This document shows, piece after piece, positions 15,260 to 28,779 of a stretch of DNA of 64,000 nucleotides. Numbering within the stretch: the stretch's first letter is position 1; the number at the start of each line of letters is the position of its first letter. The position numbers were made by a program, and so were the translations under genes. The stretch comes from the human T2T-CHM13v2.0 reference genome, Homo sapiens: the NCBI RefSeq assembly GCF_009914755.1, contig NC_060935.1. One strand, 5' to 3'. The notes below the pieces were generated by a model, which was given only the letters and a program-made list of their open reading frames with translations, made no database searches and was not told the DNA's origin.

Positions 15260-15613
15260 ATGGCAGATGCCCCTCCCCCCACCAAGCTCAAGCATCTCAG
15301 GTCAATCTCATACTGCTGCACTAGCAGTCAGATTTTCAAGCCAATGGATCTTAGCTTGCTGGGCTCTGTGGGCCTGGGACCCACCAAGCCAGGCACTGGA
15401 GGGAATCTTCTGGTCTGCCAGTTGCGAAGACAATGGGAAAAGCACAGTATCTGGGAGGAGTGTACTGTTCCTCCTGGTACAGTCTCTCACAGCTTCCCTT
15501 GGCTAGGAAAGGGAAATTCCCTGACCCATTTCACTTCCTGGGTGAGGCAACACCCTGCCCTGCTTTGGCTCACCCTCTGTGGGCTGCACCCACTGTCCAA
15601 TCAGTCCCAATGA
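15260..15613 (+). CDS. L1 ORF0 homologue (antisense 5' UTR ORF), 117 aa; expression unknown
   Basis: MADAPPP..L...ISYCC.S...SVGLGPTKPG resembles L1HS ORF0 (MAGAPPPASLPPCSLISDCCAS...SVGVGPSEPG, recalled); gcaATGG Kozak context. Confidence 0.65.
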   Translation: MADAPPPTKLKHLRSISYCCTSSQIFKPMDLSLLGSVGLGPTKPGTGGNLLVCQLRRQWEKHSIWEECTVPPGTVSHSFPWLGKGNSLTHFTSWVRQHPALLWLTLCGLHPLSNQSQ

Positions 15614-15706
15614 GATGAACCAGGTACCTCAGTTTGAAATGCAGAAATCACCTGCCATCTACGTCAGTCTCACTGGGAGCTGCAGACTGGAGCTGTTCCT
15701 ATTCCA

Positions 15707-16514
<808 letters not shown>

Positions 16515-16912
16515 TGTTAGACCATTCTTACGTTGCTATAAAGGAATACCTGGGACCGGGTAATTTATAAACAAAAGAGGTTTAATTGGCTCACAGTTCT
16601 TCAGGCTGAACAAGCATGGCATTGGCATCTTCTTGACTTCTGGGGAGGCCTCAGGGAGCTTTTACTCGTGGTGGAAGGTGAAGTGGGAGCAGACATGTCA
16701 CACAGCCAGAGCAGGAGCAAAGTGTGGGGAAGATGCCACAGACTTTAAAATAACCCTGTCGCATAAGAACTCACTCACTATCACGAGGACACCACCAAGT
16801 CATGAGGGATCCACCTCCATGACCCAAACACCTTTCATTAGGCCCCACCTCCAACATTGGGGGTGACATTTCAACATAAGATTTGGGTGGGGACAAATAT
16901 CAAAACTCTATC
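16515..16912 (-). mobile_element. MST (MSTA-like) MaLR LTR
   Basis: ttgctataaaggaatacctg...aaagaggtttaattggctcacag...ggccccacctccaacattggg...atttgggtggggacaaatatc. Confidence 0.88.
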
Positions 16913-17703
16913 TTTCCACCCCATCCTCCTCAATCTCATGTTTTTGTCACACTGCAAAACACAAACATTTCTTCCCAATAGTCCCCCAAAGCCTTAATTC
17001 ATTCCAGCATTAACTCAAAAGTACCAAGTCCAAGTCCATAGTCTCATCTGGAGATTAGTTTCTTCCATCTACAAGCCTGTAAAATCAAAATAGGTTATGT
17101 ACTTCCAAGAAACAATAGTAGTACAGGCATTGGGTAAACTTTCCCTTTATAAAAGGGAGAAATCAGCCAAAAGAAAGGGGCTACAGGCCCCATGCAATTT
17201 CAAAGCCCAGCGAGGCAGTCATTAAGCTTTAAAGCTCCCAAATACTCTCCTTTGACTCTATGTCCCACATCCAGGGCACACTGTTGTGAGGAGTGGACTC
17301 CAAAAGCCTTGGGCTGCTCTGCCCTGTGAATTTTCCAAGCTTAGGTGGCAAGCTCAACCATTCTGGGTTCTGGAGTGTAGCAGCTCCCTTTCTACAGCTC
17401 CACCAGGCAGTGCCCTAGTAGGGACTCTGTGTGGGGCCTCATTAGAGGTTCTCTATAAGGGCTCCACCCCTGCAGCAGGCTTCTGCCTGGGCATCTAGGC
17501 TTTCTCATACATTTTCTGAAATGTAGATGGAGGCTGCCAAGCCACCTTCACTCTTGCGCTCTGTGTACCAGCAGACTTAATACCACATCGAAGCTGCCAA
17601 AGCTTATGGCTTGTGCCCTCTAGAGTGGCAACCTGAGCTGTGCCAGGATCCCTTTGAGCTGTGGCTGAAGCTGGAGCAGCCTGGGATGTGGGGAGCAGTG
17701 TCC
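16913..17703 (-). mobile_element. MST internal sequence, truncated (other LTR missing)
   Basis: cccaatagtcccccaaagccttaattcattccagcattaactc; ggctccacccctgcagcaggcttctgcctggg are MaLR-int motifs. Confidence 0.85.
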
Positions 17704-19679
17704 ATTGCTAGAGAGGTAGTGTGATCTTTTGGGTGTGTCGCAATACTCTTTTTTTCTATGGTCCCAGAATTCTTATGCTGGTTCCTTTTTGGATTTACTT
17801 TTGTTTGGATAGAAATTTATTCCCCTCTTGAGGGTGTGACTATAGGATATATTGTGTAGGGTCCTTTGACTTTGCTTCCGGGTACTTTCAGGGGGCCAAA
17901 TCTATGAATTTTTTGATGATAGATGGCCTTAGTGTAATGGTTTTCTCAAATACTATTTTTTGTAAGTTGTAGCGGCAGTGAATTGGGCATGTGAGAAGGA
18001 TCACTGCTTCCTGCAAAGATGAGCAGGGGGAAGTCTCTTATTTTATTCCCCAGCATTGTGCACTTCTGTCAGCAGGGATTGTATTGGGTTGTTTAGTTTT
18101 ACCTCCAGGTCAGTAGGTGGCACTTGCAGATACAAGCCAGCTGAGCACTGTGCAGTTCTGTGGGCAGTTTAATAAGCTGTGCAGGTTGATTTCCAAGCCA
18201 GTAGGTGGCATTCCAAGAGAGAGGGAGCAGTGGGATTTTTCCTTGGATTTTGTTCATTACAGAAGCTCTGGGTGTCTCATGTAAGGGGTGGGGCCATGGA
18301 ACTCCCAGGACTCCCTGTCCTATGCTCTGCTGCTACAGTGGTTGGATGGGGCAAAGCCAGGCATGGCTGGGTCTGGGAAGTCCTGAACCAGGCTCTCCAA
18401 GGCTGGTGGAAGTGCTGATTCTACTGGGGGTTTGGGGTCACGTCTCAGGCTACTGGAGCAACCCTCCAGGAAGGGGCAGAGGCACTTCTGTTGCATCAAA
18501 GCACCTTCATGCTAGAGGAGAAGTGTGGCCATGAATCAGCAGCTGGAAGTGGCAGTGGGACCTGCTCCGCCCCCAAACCTCCAACCCCATGGGTTTCCCT
18601 ACAGCATTAGGCCACCAACAGCTGGCCAGAACCTCTAGGCCCATCCTAAGCTGTCTGTGTTCAGATGGAAAAGCCTCCCCAGGCCATGAAACTCCTTGTC
18701 TGGGGCAGAAACTTTGGCTCTCAGGCCACACCCTTCCTGTTCTGGTCCTATGAAGGGAGGGGTACCCAGTTCCTGTACAACAGTATGAACCCACACCACA
18801 CTCTCCTCTCACTTCTGGCTGTGGGGGGCTCCAGATCAGATCACATCAGATCACAAATCTCATCTCCATGCTCCTGGATGGCATGCTTGAATTGTGCAGG
18901 GATAGGACCAGGCCAGCAGCCTTGCCCTTGGGGTTCCTGGACTCAAGTGCTGGCTGTGATAGGGAGGGCAAGCTGGTCCCTGGCCACTGGAGGAACACTC
19001 ACGTAGGGCAACAGTGGCTGCACTGTGGGCCTGCTGCTTGGAAGGGTGGTCCTCTCTCCATAGGAATGGCTAGGCAGGTGGCTTTGGGAGAGACTGGCAG
19101 ACATGGGGCATGTGGTCCAAATGACCTCAGTCCCACAGCAGAAGCAGTGGAACCTCTCCTTGAGGCATGTGAGAGCACCTGGCCTCCCCTTTCACTACCT
19201 GGCCCAGCAGCCAGCAGTGGCAGTAGCAGCCTCAGGGCAGGACAGAGATCCTTGGGGAATGGGCTCCCAGAATGGCACCATGCTGCAGCTGTCCAGTGCT
19301 TGGAAGCTTGTGAGACTCCATGTAAGTCTGAGAAGCACCTGTGCATGATGTCCAGGCAGCTCTCTATGCCAGTCTGGAGGCCTATGGGGTTGAGGGACTC
19401 TCCTATAGCTAGGATTATGGAAGTCTGCAGCAGAAATATGGAGCTCTGGGGTTCCTTCACTTACCCCTTCTTTGGGTCTGGGGCAGCTCTTGGCTCCTAG
19501 CAACCCCAAACAGGTAGCCTCATATCTCCTTCCTTCACCCTCAGTGTCTCCTGTTGCCTCTTTGTTGAATTCCAGTGCTGTTTCTCAGACAATCTGTTTA
19601 AAGTGTGAATATCCACTTGATATTTTGGTTCCTTTCTGTGGAAGAGGTGTACCCCAGCCGAATCTAGTCAGTCATCTTG
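17704..19679 (-). mobile_element. 5' UTR/ORF1 start of L1PB-type element (probable 5' end of the host at 2195)
   Basis: GC-richer 5' UTR; ends in ctagtcagtcatcttg, an L1 5'-terminal motif. Confidence 0.7.
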
Positions 19680-20161
19680 TAGTTGCATTTTTTTAATTGT
19701 AAATTTTTAATACAATGTAGCATCTCATAAATGTATTAGTTTTAATAGTTTATAAATTTTGATTTGCTACACACACAAAATTATTGTATGCAAATAATGA
19801 CAGTTTAAAATTTTTCCTAGTCATTTTTATAAATGCCACTTATTTCTTTTCTTTGCCTTATTGCACTGGTTAGATTCTCCAGCACAATGTGGAACAGATG
19901 TAATTATAATGGATAGTTTTGCATTGTTTCTGACTCCCATGAGAAAGTTTTTAGTATTTCCTCATTAAGTAAATGTTGGCTGTATGGTGTTTGTTAATAC
20001 GCTTTATCCTACTGAGGAAGTTCTATTCCTAGTTTTCTTAAACATTTTAAAAAACATGAATGTATGTTAAATCTTATCAAGCTTTTTCTCTATTTATTGA
20101 ATTGATCATATATTTTTTCTACTTAATTTTGTTCATGCAGTGAATTACATGAATTGATTTT

Positions 20162-20450
20162 TTTTTTGAGACAGGGTCTCACTCAGTTGCCCAGGCTGGA
20201 GTGCAGTGACACAATCACCAATCACTGCAGCCTTAACTTCCTGGGCTCAAGCGATCCTCCCACCTCAGCCTACCAAGTAGCTGGAACTATGGTACATGCC
20301 ACCACACCTGGCTAATTAAAAATTTTTTTTTGTATAGATGGGGGTCTCAATATTTTGCCCCAGCTGGTCTTGAACTCCTGAGATCAAGCGATCTGCCCAC
20401 CTCAGCCTCCCAAAGTACTGGGATTACAGTGTGAGCAATCGCATGTGGCC
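20162..20450 (-). mobile_element. AluJ
   Basis: gagacagggtctcactc...ctgggctcaagcgatcctcc; TSD ATGAATTGATTTT at 20149 and 20451. Confidence 0.93.
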
Positions 20451-20844
20451 ATGAATTGATTTTGAATGTGAAATCAACATTTTCATTCCTGGGACAAAAC
20501 TTACTTGCTCATGATACATTATTATTTTTATATATGGCTGTATTTTATTTGCTAAATATTGGGTTTAGAATTTTTGTGTCTGTGTTAATGAGAGATATTT
20601 ATCTGATATTTTTTCTTGTAATGCCCTTTTTCATTTTCTCTAATCCCTGAAAATGTTGATATAAAATTGGTAGTATTTTTTAAAAGTGATATGTAGAATT
20701 CACTGATAAAGCTACATGGGATGTAATCTTGATATTTTTGGGAGAAGTCAGGGGAAAATTTTTCAAGAGCGAATTTAGCACATGTATGTTATTCAGGTTT
20801 TGCTTGTCTGTGTGTGCATGTGTGTTTAGAAAGTTGTGTTTTTC

Positions 20845-20978
20845 CAAAGAAATGATAAATGTCTGAGATAATGGATATGCTAATTACCCTGAATTAATCA
20901 CTATACATTATGTGTATCAAAATGTCACTATTTACCCCATAAATATGTACAATTATTATTTTTCAATAAAAATTAAAA
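20845..20978 (+). mobile_element. L1MA-type 3' terminal fragment
   Basis: aaagaaatgataaatgtctgagataatggatatgctaattaccctga...ccccataaatatgtacaattatta. Confidence 0.85.
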
Positions 20979-22559
20979 GTTGCTTAGTACAAATATTTTA
21001 AATTTGCATTTCTCTGGTTACTAATGAAGTTGAAAGATTTTTCATACTAACGAAGTTGAAAGTTTTTCAAGAATGACCATTCATTCTTCTTCTTTTGGAA
21101 ATTGTTCTTGTCCTTTGCCCATTTTGTAGCTGAATGATTTCTAATTAACTTGTAATACTCTTTGCATATGGAGGATGCATACATTTTCTTTATTCAATCG
21201 AAATATTGTTTTTACAGACATTTTTGAATGACAAAAAATAGAAAGGTGTGTTTTTCAAAGCAGAGGTCCATTTCTTTTTAACTGGCAAGGACATTAGCAA
21301 AATTCATTTGTAATGTCTTTTTATTATCTTGTTAAGATCTGTAGAATCTACAGCATAGCCTTTTCATTGCTGATTCTCATAATTTGTTTTTTTCCTTATA
21401 TTTTAAAACCAATTTTTCTAAGGACATTAGTTTTATTAATTTTTACACAAAACCAACCCTTGTCCTTATGTATTTTCCCTATTTTTAAATTAATTTTATC
21501 TCAAGTATATCTGTCTTCTACTTACTATTCATATTATACCATGTTTTGTGCATTTATTTTGATCTACTATTTCTAGCTTCTGGAGATGAAAGCTTAGTTC
21601 ATTTCCTTTAATCTTTTTTATTTTCTAATACTTGCATTTAAAGTTATATATTTCTCTCTGAGCAATTCTTTAGCTGCATCTAGTTTTTTTTGTTTTTACT
21701 GTCTTTCAGTTAAAATTCATTAAAAATTTTTCATTGGCACTTCTTTAATATATGAATAATTTAGAATTGTGTTGCTTGATTTATAAATAATTGGGGGATG
21801 TTTAGTTATATTTTTGTTATAAATTTTTAGTTGAAGCCTACTATTATGAGATATGTGTTCTGTATGGTTTAGTCCTTTGAAATGTATTGCATCTTGTACC
21901 GTGGCCCAGTGTATTTTCTATTGTGGTGTACATTCCATGAGCACTTAGAGATAAACAGAATAATCCTACATTTGTTTTCTCTTTCTCCACTCCCTTACTA
22001 ACACACCTTCAGCTAGCCTGACTGAAACTGTGTGATAAACTCAAGACTTTTTAGGGAAGAACATTGCTTTATTTGCATTCAAATCAAGTTTTCTTGATTT
22101 GTTCTGAAGTTAACGTTTATCGTCTTCTGGGAGTGAGTTCAGATGCCATCTGCAACACCACAGCTTAACCTTTCACATTTGAGTTTAAACTCGAGTCTAG
22201 TTACAGGTCTAGAAGCAAAGAGGGATGATGAAGATGGGTCTTGAGGGAAATCAACATTGTTTTGCTGGGAAACTGCTTCAGGGAAGGACATATAATTTCC
22301 TCAGGCAACGCAAGGTTAAACCTTCCATAGGGGTGAAGAAGTTTCTTCTGCTAAGGGTGAAGGAAAGGTTCTACTCGAGGTGGGGAGGCCTCTTCAGCTG
22401 GCAAAGCAGGCTTATCTTTTCTCTGTTCCATCTTCTCAGTATCCTCCTTCTGAAGCAGAAACATAGTTTCATCCATGACTCTTTTCTCTCTAATCTTCAT
22501 CCTATATAAAGTTATTTTCCTCAAAATTCATTAATGTATCTTAAACTGTCTCTATTACT

Positions 22560-22990
22560 GTGTGTTAGTTTGGGTTTCTTAGATACATATCTGAAATTGA
22601 GAATTTTTACAAAAGTGACTTATAAGGAGAAGGGGTTAAGGGAAGCTAACTGTGGTAGAGGGAAGAAAGGACATGATCTCAACTGGAGTCTGGCTTCAGA
22701 TATGGTCTCAACTGAAGTCTGCCTCAATTGAGTCTGGAGCCGTTGAAGCTCTGGAGGATACATTGTATTATACAACAACCTTTTAAACTTTCATGTCTGT
22801 TAGTCATTGGCCACTGCTGGGCCCTGACGGTGGGCATAATCTTCTGGGTGTGGCACCTCCTATTTTCTGTGGTGTAATTATCCAGGGAAGGGTGGGGCTG
22901 TGAGCTGTTAGCAGCCCAGACACAGCAGGTGGGGCATGAGTTCACTTACCAGGCAAAGGGCATTTGAGCTGGATGCAACAGTGTCCCTAA
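22560..22990 (-). mobile_element. Ancient ERVL LTR (LTR33-like)
   Basis: Diverged motifs gtttgggtttcttag..., tagtcattggcc..., tgagctgttagcagcc; strand tentative. Confidence 0.5.
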
Positions 22991-23019
22991 AACTCGGTGT
23001 CTCTTGGGAGTCACCAAAG

Positions 23020-24070
23020 TTCAGACTCCCATTTATTCACACCTAAATCATTATAATTACCTCCTAGCTGCTCTTCTCTTGGGAGGCTTGACCCTTCAAT
23101 CCATTTTCCATACTGTAGCTAGAGTTATCATTCCCAAAACAAATCCAGCTACATTTCTTGCTAGTTTAAAAGTACTTTCACTATTTTCTCCATGGTACTT
23201 AGCATTTAGTTTTAACACAATTATGAGACCCTTTTTGATCTTACCAATATCCTACTTTCCAGCTTCATGTCTTGTATTTTCCCTTTTACAATCTCAGTGT
23301 CCTACACCAGTGCACAGTGGGGGTTCAATAAATAATTGTTGAATGAATAGATAAATTGATAATTACAGTCATAATGAATTGTTTGGGTTTCCTGCTGCCT
23401 CTTTCTCATCTTCTGGCCTTTGTTACCTATTCCATCTCATAGATGCACTCTTAGCTCAACCTTATGCCTACTTATTCTGCTGACCCCTTTTCTGCCTTTG
23501 GCTTCTGTTTTTTTTTTTTTTCGTTTTTGAGACAGAGTCTTGCTCCATCAGCCAGGCTGGAGTGCAGTGGCTAGATCTTGGTTCACTGCAACCTCTGCCT
23601 CCTGGGTTCAAGTGATTCTTCTGTCTCAGCCTCCCAAGTAGTTGGGACTACAGACATGCGCCACCACGCCCAGCTAATTTTTGTATTTTTAGTAGAGACA
23701 GGGTTTCACCATGTTGGCCAGGCTGATCTTGAACTCCTGACCTCAAGTAATCCACCCTCCTTGGCCTCCCAAAGTGCTGCGATTACAGGCATGAGCCACT
23801 GTGCCTGGTCAGCTTCTGTTTTTGATGTCTTTTCATCTAGGCATCCTTTTTAGATCTCCTAGGTCTTTGTTGTGTGTCCTTCTAACATGCTTTCACAGCA
23901 CTCTGTAATTCCATGATCTTACTATTTATAGTATTATGTTGTAATTCTAACTTTTGTGAAAAGAGGACCCTGGTTTCTCTTTATTCACCACTAAGCCCCA
24001 GGAACTATCAATGTGCCTGATACATTCCTGGAGATGAAAAGTATTTGTTGATTAAGGAATAAAGAATGCA
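23020..24070 (+). mobile_element. L2 fragments
   Basis: ccttcaatccattttccatactgtagctagagt; tcaataaataattgttgaatgaat (L2 3' end). Confidence 0.6.
23513..23810 (-). mobile_element. AluSx-like
   Basis: Full antisense dimer; TSD GCTTCTGTTTTT at 23501 and 23812. Confidence 0.94.
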
Positions 24071-24141
24071 AGGAATAAGTGGAATACAGTTATCCTGAAA
24101 TTGCTTTGTGTGTAGCTATATAATTTGAAAAACGGCTTTTA

Positions 24142-24445
<304 letters not shown>

Positions 24446-25204
24446 TTACCAAAAAGCAAACTGATTGATAGAAAAATATAAACAGCCCATATACATAAGA
24501 TAATAAAATTTTACTGGGGGTAGGAAAAATATCAAGATAAACTACATGTTCATATGCTGAGAATGCAGTTTCAATTTCTTTCTCATTGTTTCAATAAGAG
24601 TGAAAAAATGTGGTTTCCCTATGAAGTCCAACCAGAATTCTTAGTCTGAAGGTAGAAAATACTTTCCTAGCCTCCACTACTACTTTTACTTTATATTTTA
24701 TTGAATTTATTCATTTTCATTAATCCTTTTATTCATTGATTCTGTTTATGGTATACCAGACATGGTACCTTGTAGGAACTATTGTTATCTATTGGGCAAG
24801 TACTTTATGGAGTATAACTGTATATTTAATAAATAGAAATTTCTCCTTGATATCAAAACATCTTCTTTATTTGAACCATCACTCTTTCTGGTCGATTATC
24901 AGTATAAAAAGGGTAACATGAGTAATACAAAATGGTTCTGAAGCCTACAAGGACATTTGGAATCATGGTATAAACTTCATTGTTTACCCATCAGATGCTA
25001 AATAGTTCTTTGCTTTTATAGCCCTGAAGTAGTTAGATAGCATAATATTTCAGAAAACAAAGGCCATTAATTTTGATATATAGAAACAAAAGAATTATTA
25101 ATGAAAAAGTTATATTTTTAATGAACTAACATATACAATGTGTCCAGCATAGTCCTTGTCTCAATAAATGATAGCTGTTATAATGATCTGATCTTTCTGG
25201 AAGG

Positions 25205-25365
25205 GTATCATGGTAGTTAAGCATATGGTTTGGGAAATCAGTGAGATTCTGATTACTGTCTATTTTATATTTCTATTTTGACACTGTCCCCTTCTCTCAG
25301 TTTCCTCTTTGGTAAATGGGGATAAGAATAATGCCTCCCTCAGTTTGTTATGGACATTATTACTT
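25205..25365 (+). mobile_element. MIR
   Basis: tctcagtttcctctttggtaaatggggataagaata core. Confidence 0.65.
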
Positions 25366-25671
25366 AATATAGATATATTTATTTTATTACTTATTTTACA
25401 TTTATTAGAAGGAAGGCCTATGAGTTTCATATATATGGATGAAGCTAGTGAAACTAAGCCCCAAATCGGTAGAATTTTCCCTGTTTGTGAGAATGATACA
25501 CGGTTAGGTTTTCTCCTTTTTCTTGAACCCATTTTGACTCCCCTCAAGGCATCATCTATGGATCACAGTGGTTAATTATTTTATTTATCCAATAAGTATT
25601 CCTTGCTGACATTACCCAAAATGTCCTTTTGACCCTTGCCTCAGTTGAATCATGTTGGGCTCCAGTCACAT

Positions 25672-26599
25672 TTATTTGACACTTGAAATAGCTTTCCTAC
25701 TACACAATTTCCTAATGGCATTTTTCATCTGAGCATTCCTCAAGGTGTAGATTAAGGGGTTTAACATAGGAGCTATCATAGTGTAGAATACAGCAACTGC
25801 TTTATCAATGGGTAAAGTAGCTGGAGGTCTCATGTACACAAATATGCAGGGTATAAAGAATAAGATGACAACTGTGATGTGGGAGACACAGGTGGAGAGG
25901 GCTTTGCACCTTGCCTCTAAGCTGTGGGTCCTTAAGGAGTACAGTACGACCATATAGGAGACCAGGAGCAAGAGAAAGTTTAACAGGCATATGAACCCAC
26001 TGTTGGCAGCAACGAAGAGTCCTAGAGTGTGGGTATTAGTGCAGACAAGATTGAGCAAAGGGTTGAGATCCCACATAAAGTGATCTATGACATTAGGACC
26101 ACAGAAAGGTAATTGGAAGATGAAGAGGATCTGTACGGTTGCATGAAGAAAGCCTCCTACCCATGACACTCCCACTAGCAGGCTACAAACATGCTGCTTC
26201 ATGATGGTGGTATAGTGCAAGGGCTTGCAGATGACCACGTAGCGGTCATAGGCCATTACAGTAAGTAGGATGACCTCAACACCTCCGAAAAAATGTTCTC
26301 CAAAGACTTGAGTCATACATCCATTGAGTAAGATAGTCTTGTTTTCATAGAGTGAATCTGTGATCAGCTTAGGGGCATTGACGGAGGAATAGCAGGCATC
26401 AATAAAGGACAGATAGGCCAGGTAAAAGTACATGGGGGACCTCAATGATGGGCTGGCAGTGACGGTGACCACAATGAGCACATTTCCTATCATGGTGGTG
26501 ATGTAGATGACAAAACACAACAAATATGATTTTCTGCATTTTTGGATTCTCTATAAGCCCCAGTAGAATAAACTCTGTCACATTGTTTCTATTCACCAT
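25672..26599 (-). pseudogene. OR4C9P: Olfactory receptor family 4C pseudogene (OR4C13/OR4C46-like), 2-bp frameshift in TM1
   Basis: MVNRNNVTEFILLG...IIFVVF then frame change to VIYITT...PMYFYL...[15 protein letters not shown]...KALSTC...[12 protein letters not shown]; span 928 nt = 930-2; ECL2 Cys->Trp (HFMWDL). Symbol from recalled gene order. Confidence 0.9.
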
Positions 26600-26628
26600 G
26601 TATTTCAAATGGTGGTTAATTACAATAC

Positions 26629-26645
26629 CTGAAAAGAAAACAATT
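26629..26645 (-). promoter_or_regulatory. Splice acceptor upstream of the OR4C pseudogene coding exon
   Basis: Minus strand ttgttttcttttcag|GTATTG, 29 nt before the ATG. Confidence 0.7.
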
Positions 26646-27329
26646 TTTATTGATACATCTTTAAATTTGTTTAAACTTCTCCATTGTAATATGTAATATA
26701 ATAAATTCTTGGATTCTACTGGGTTGTGATATGATGATTTTTTCTGAGACAGGAAAAAATTTTGGGTTTTGGAGGTTTACTCAAATTGCCTCCCTGGTGA
26801 AGACTGTGCTAAGAGTTTTGACATGAGAAACTTTTGTAGCACGCAGGGAGGAGACCATCTGTGAACACTTTATCATCTGTAACAACTAAAAGTTGAATGA
26901 TTCACACATAGTGGCAACTAAGCCTGAAAAGACTATAGAATATAGATGTAAAGCACATGAATGCAAAACTCAAAATTTGTTCTCTGTCTCTCTCTCTCTC
27001 TTTTTTTTTTTAAAGAAAATAATGAAACATGAAATGTTATGCACAATATAAGTGAAATGATAAAGAGGAATCTGAAGAAGGGGGATTCTTGGGATATTTC
27101 TCTAGTGAAGGTCTTTGTGTGTTTTTTATGACATGGGCTGAGATCCAGTAAGGAGCTGGAAGCCAGATAATGAAACTTAGTTAGCAGACTATTTAGAGTA
27201 GTTGACATAAGAATAACAGTGAATTTGTGGTGAATTTGTGATGAAAATGTAAAGAAAGAATATAAGAGCTACTATAAAAGAATTCACAATCTATTGTCTA
27301 AGTCCTATTAACTTTATAATGGCTAATAA

Positions 27330-28680
27330 TATACACCTTTGAATAACTGCTATAAGCATGACATTATAGAATGTGCTTTGCACACATGATCTCATTTTAT
27401 CAATTTTACAGATGAGGACACAATCTCAGTGACTAATATTAATAGTTATAGTGTTAATATTAACTAATATTTACTGAACACAGCATTTTTCAAGTGCTTT
27501 TACAGACATTTGCTTATTGAATCCTCACTGAAAACCTATGTATTAGTTACTATTGTCTTTTTACACTTATTTTACACATTAGGAAATAGAAGCACATAGA
27601 AATTAAGGTTCCTCCCAAGATCGAGCAGATAATCAAGGCTGGACCCAATATTAAGTTTCAGATTATGCTTGTTAATTTTTTCCCTCCGAAGTCTTAACTC
27701 ATGCCTTATATTGTTATAATAAACAATGTTGAACTTGTAATTTCCCCTTGATATGGCCATAATTTTTATAATTACTTTAATACTACTTCAGAGACAAGTT
27801 TATATGAAGTAACTTCATCATCAGACAGACACACACACACATGATGATATATTGAAACTCCTAAATATTAAGAAAAATGTGGTATTACATTCACTGAAGG
27901 GCTGTTTTTGCTTAGCGTCTCCCTCAGCCCTATCCATTCCTTCTCAATCCCCTTCCAAAGCAAGGGACCCTAGCCAGAATCTTCTGCAAAGTGTTAAAAA
28001 ACCATTATCACAATAGTTAAGTGTGTTAGTTTGAGAATCAGAAAGACCAGATCAGAATCCTCGTTTTTCCACCTATAACTTCTTTTACCTGGGGTATATT
28101 TCTTGGCACCTTCCATCTTAATCTTATCATCCAGAAAATGATAGTACTATTCACCTCACATACTGTTATGATAATTAATTGGGAGAACATATATGAATAT
28201 ATCTACCTTACTGTTAGGGACATACACAGGACTTTCATTTATTTTTATGGCTGTATAAGCCTACGAGACAGGATAAATTGACAGTGTGATCAATATAATA
28301 CAGAGAAACATTTGACCATGCATTAAGCTCACAAAGAAAGTTCTCCAATTTTCCTTTTACAGGGCTTTATATTATTCAGAGCAAGTGATCCCAGGAAAGC
28401 TTCTCCATGTTTGTGCTTGGACTAATGAGATGATGATTTGCCATTTAATATTCATATTTATGTCTTTTGTGTGTGTGAAGTGTATTTAAATTTTGTTTTA
28501 GTCCTCATACCTTGTCTCATTCACTAAGGAGGTGTCTCATGGCAAAAACATGGTACCCAATATCAGAGAGATGGGTTCCACAAATTGCTTAATCTCTATA
28601 AGCCTCAAATATTTCAACTGTCAAATTAGGCTAATGATATTTACCAACTACCTTTTGAATAATTGGAGTGAGAATGCAAG
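27330..28680. mobile_element. Several MIR fragments
   Basis: caattttacagatgaggacac; ttgaatcctcac...aaaacctatg; gcttaatctctataagcctc. Confidence 0.6.
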
Positions 28681-28770
28681 ACTCTATTACTCTGTTGAAA
28701 AGTGTTGAAAAATACTGATTACTATATATAGAAAGTAACAATCTTTGATAAGCTTCAGCCCTATTGAAAA

Positions 28771-28779
28771 ACTTACCTT
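28771..28779 (-). promoter_or_regulatory. Candidate splice donor of a 5' non-coding exon of the OR4C pseudogene
   Basis: Minus strand AAG|GTAAGT, consensus match, 2.1 kb upstream of the acceptor. Confidence 0.5.

Larger units (their letters stand above)
8921..15706 (-). mobile_element. Near full-length L1PA7-type LINE-1; ORF1 and ORF2 disrupted; interrupted by MER9
   Basis: 5' UTR end ...ctgggagctgcagactggagctgttcctattc; ORF1 remnant 13772-14212 (QSLQEIWDYVKRPNLR); ORF2 start 13473 MTGSNSHITILTLNVNGLN; RT motif LFADDMIVY in 11079-11807; TSD CTGTACAC(T/C)TTTT at 6075 and 15707. Confidence 0.95.
19700..21950 (-). mobile_element. Old L1M ORF2 fragments
   Basis: tgcaaataatgacagttt...ccttattgcactggttag; continues the fragment at 1950-2040. 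Confidence 0.65.

Noticed and set aside
18179-19696. Overlapping ORFs up to 210 aa
   Set aside because: They lie in a GC-richer L1 5' UTR where stops are sparse, and have no recognisable protein features.
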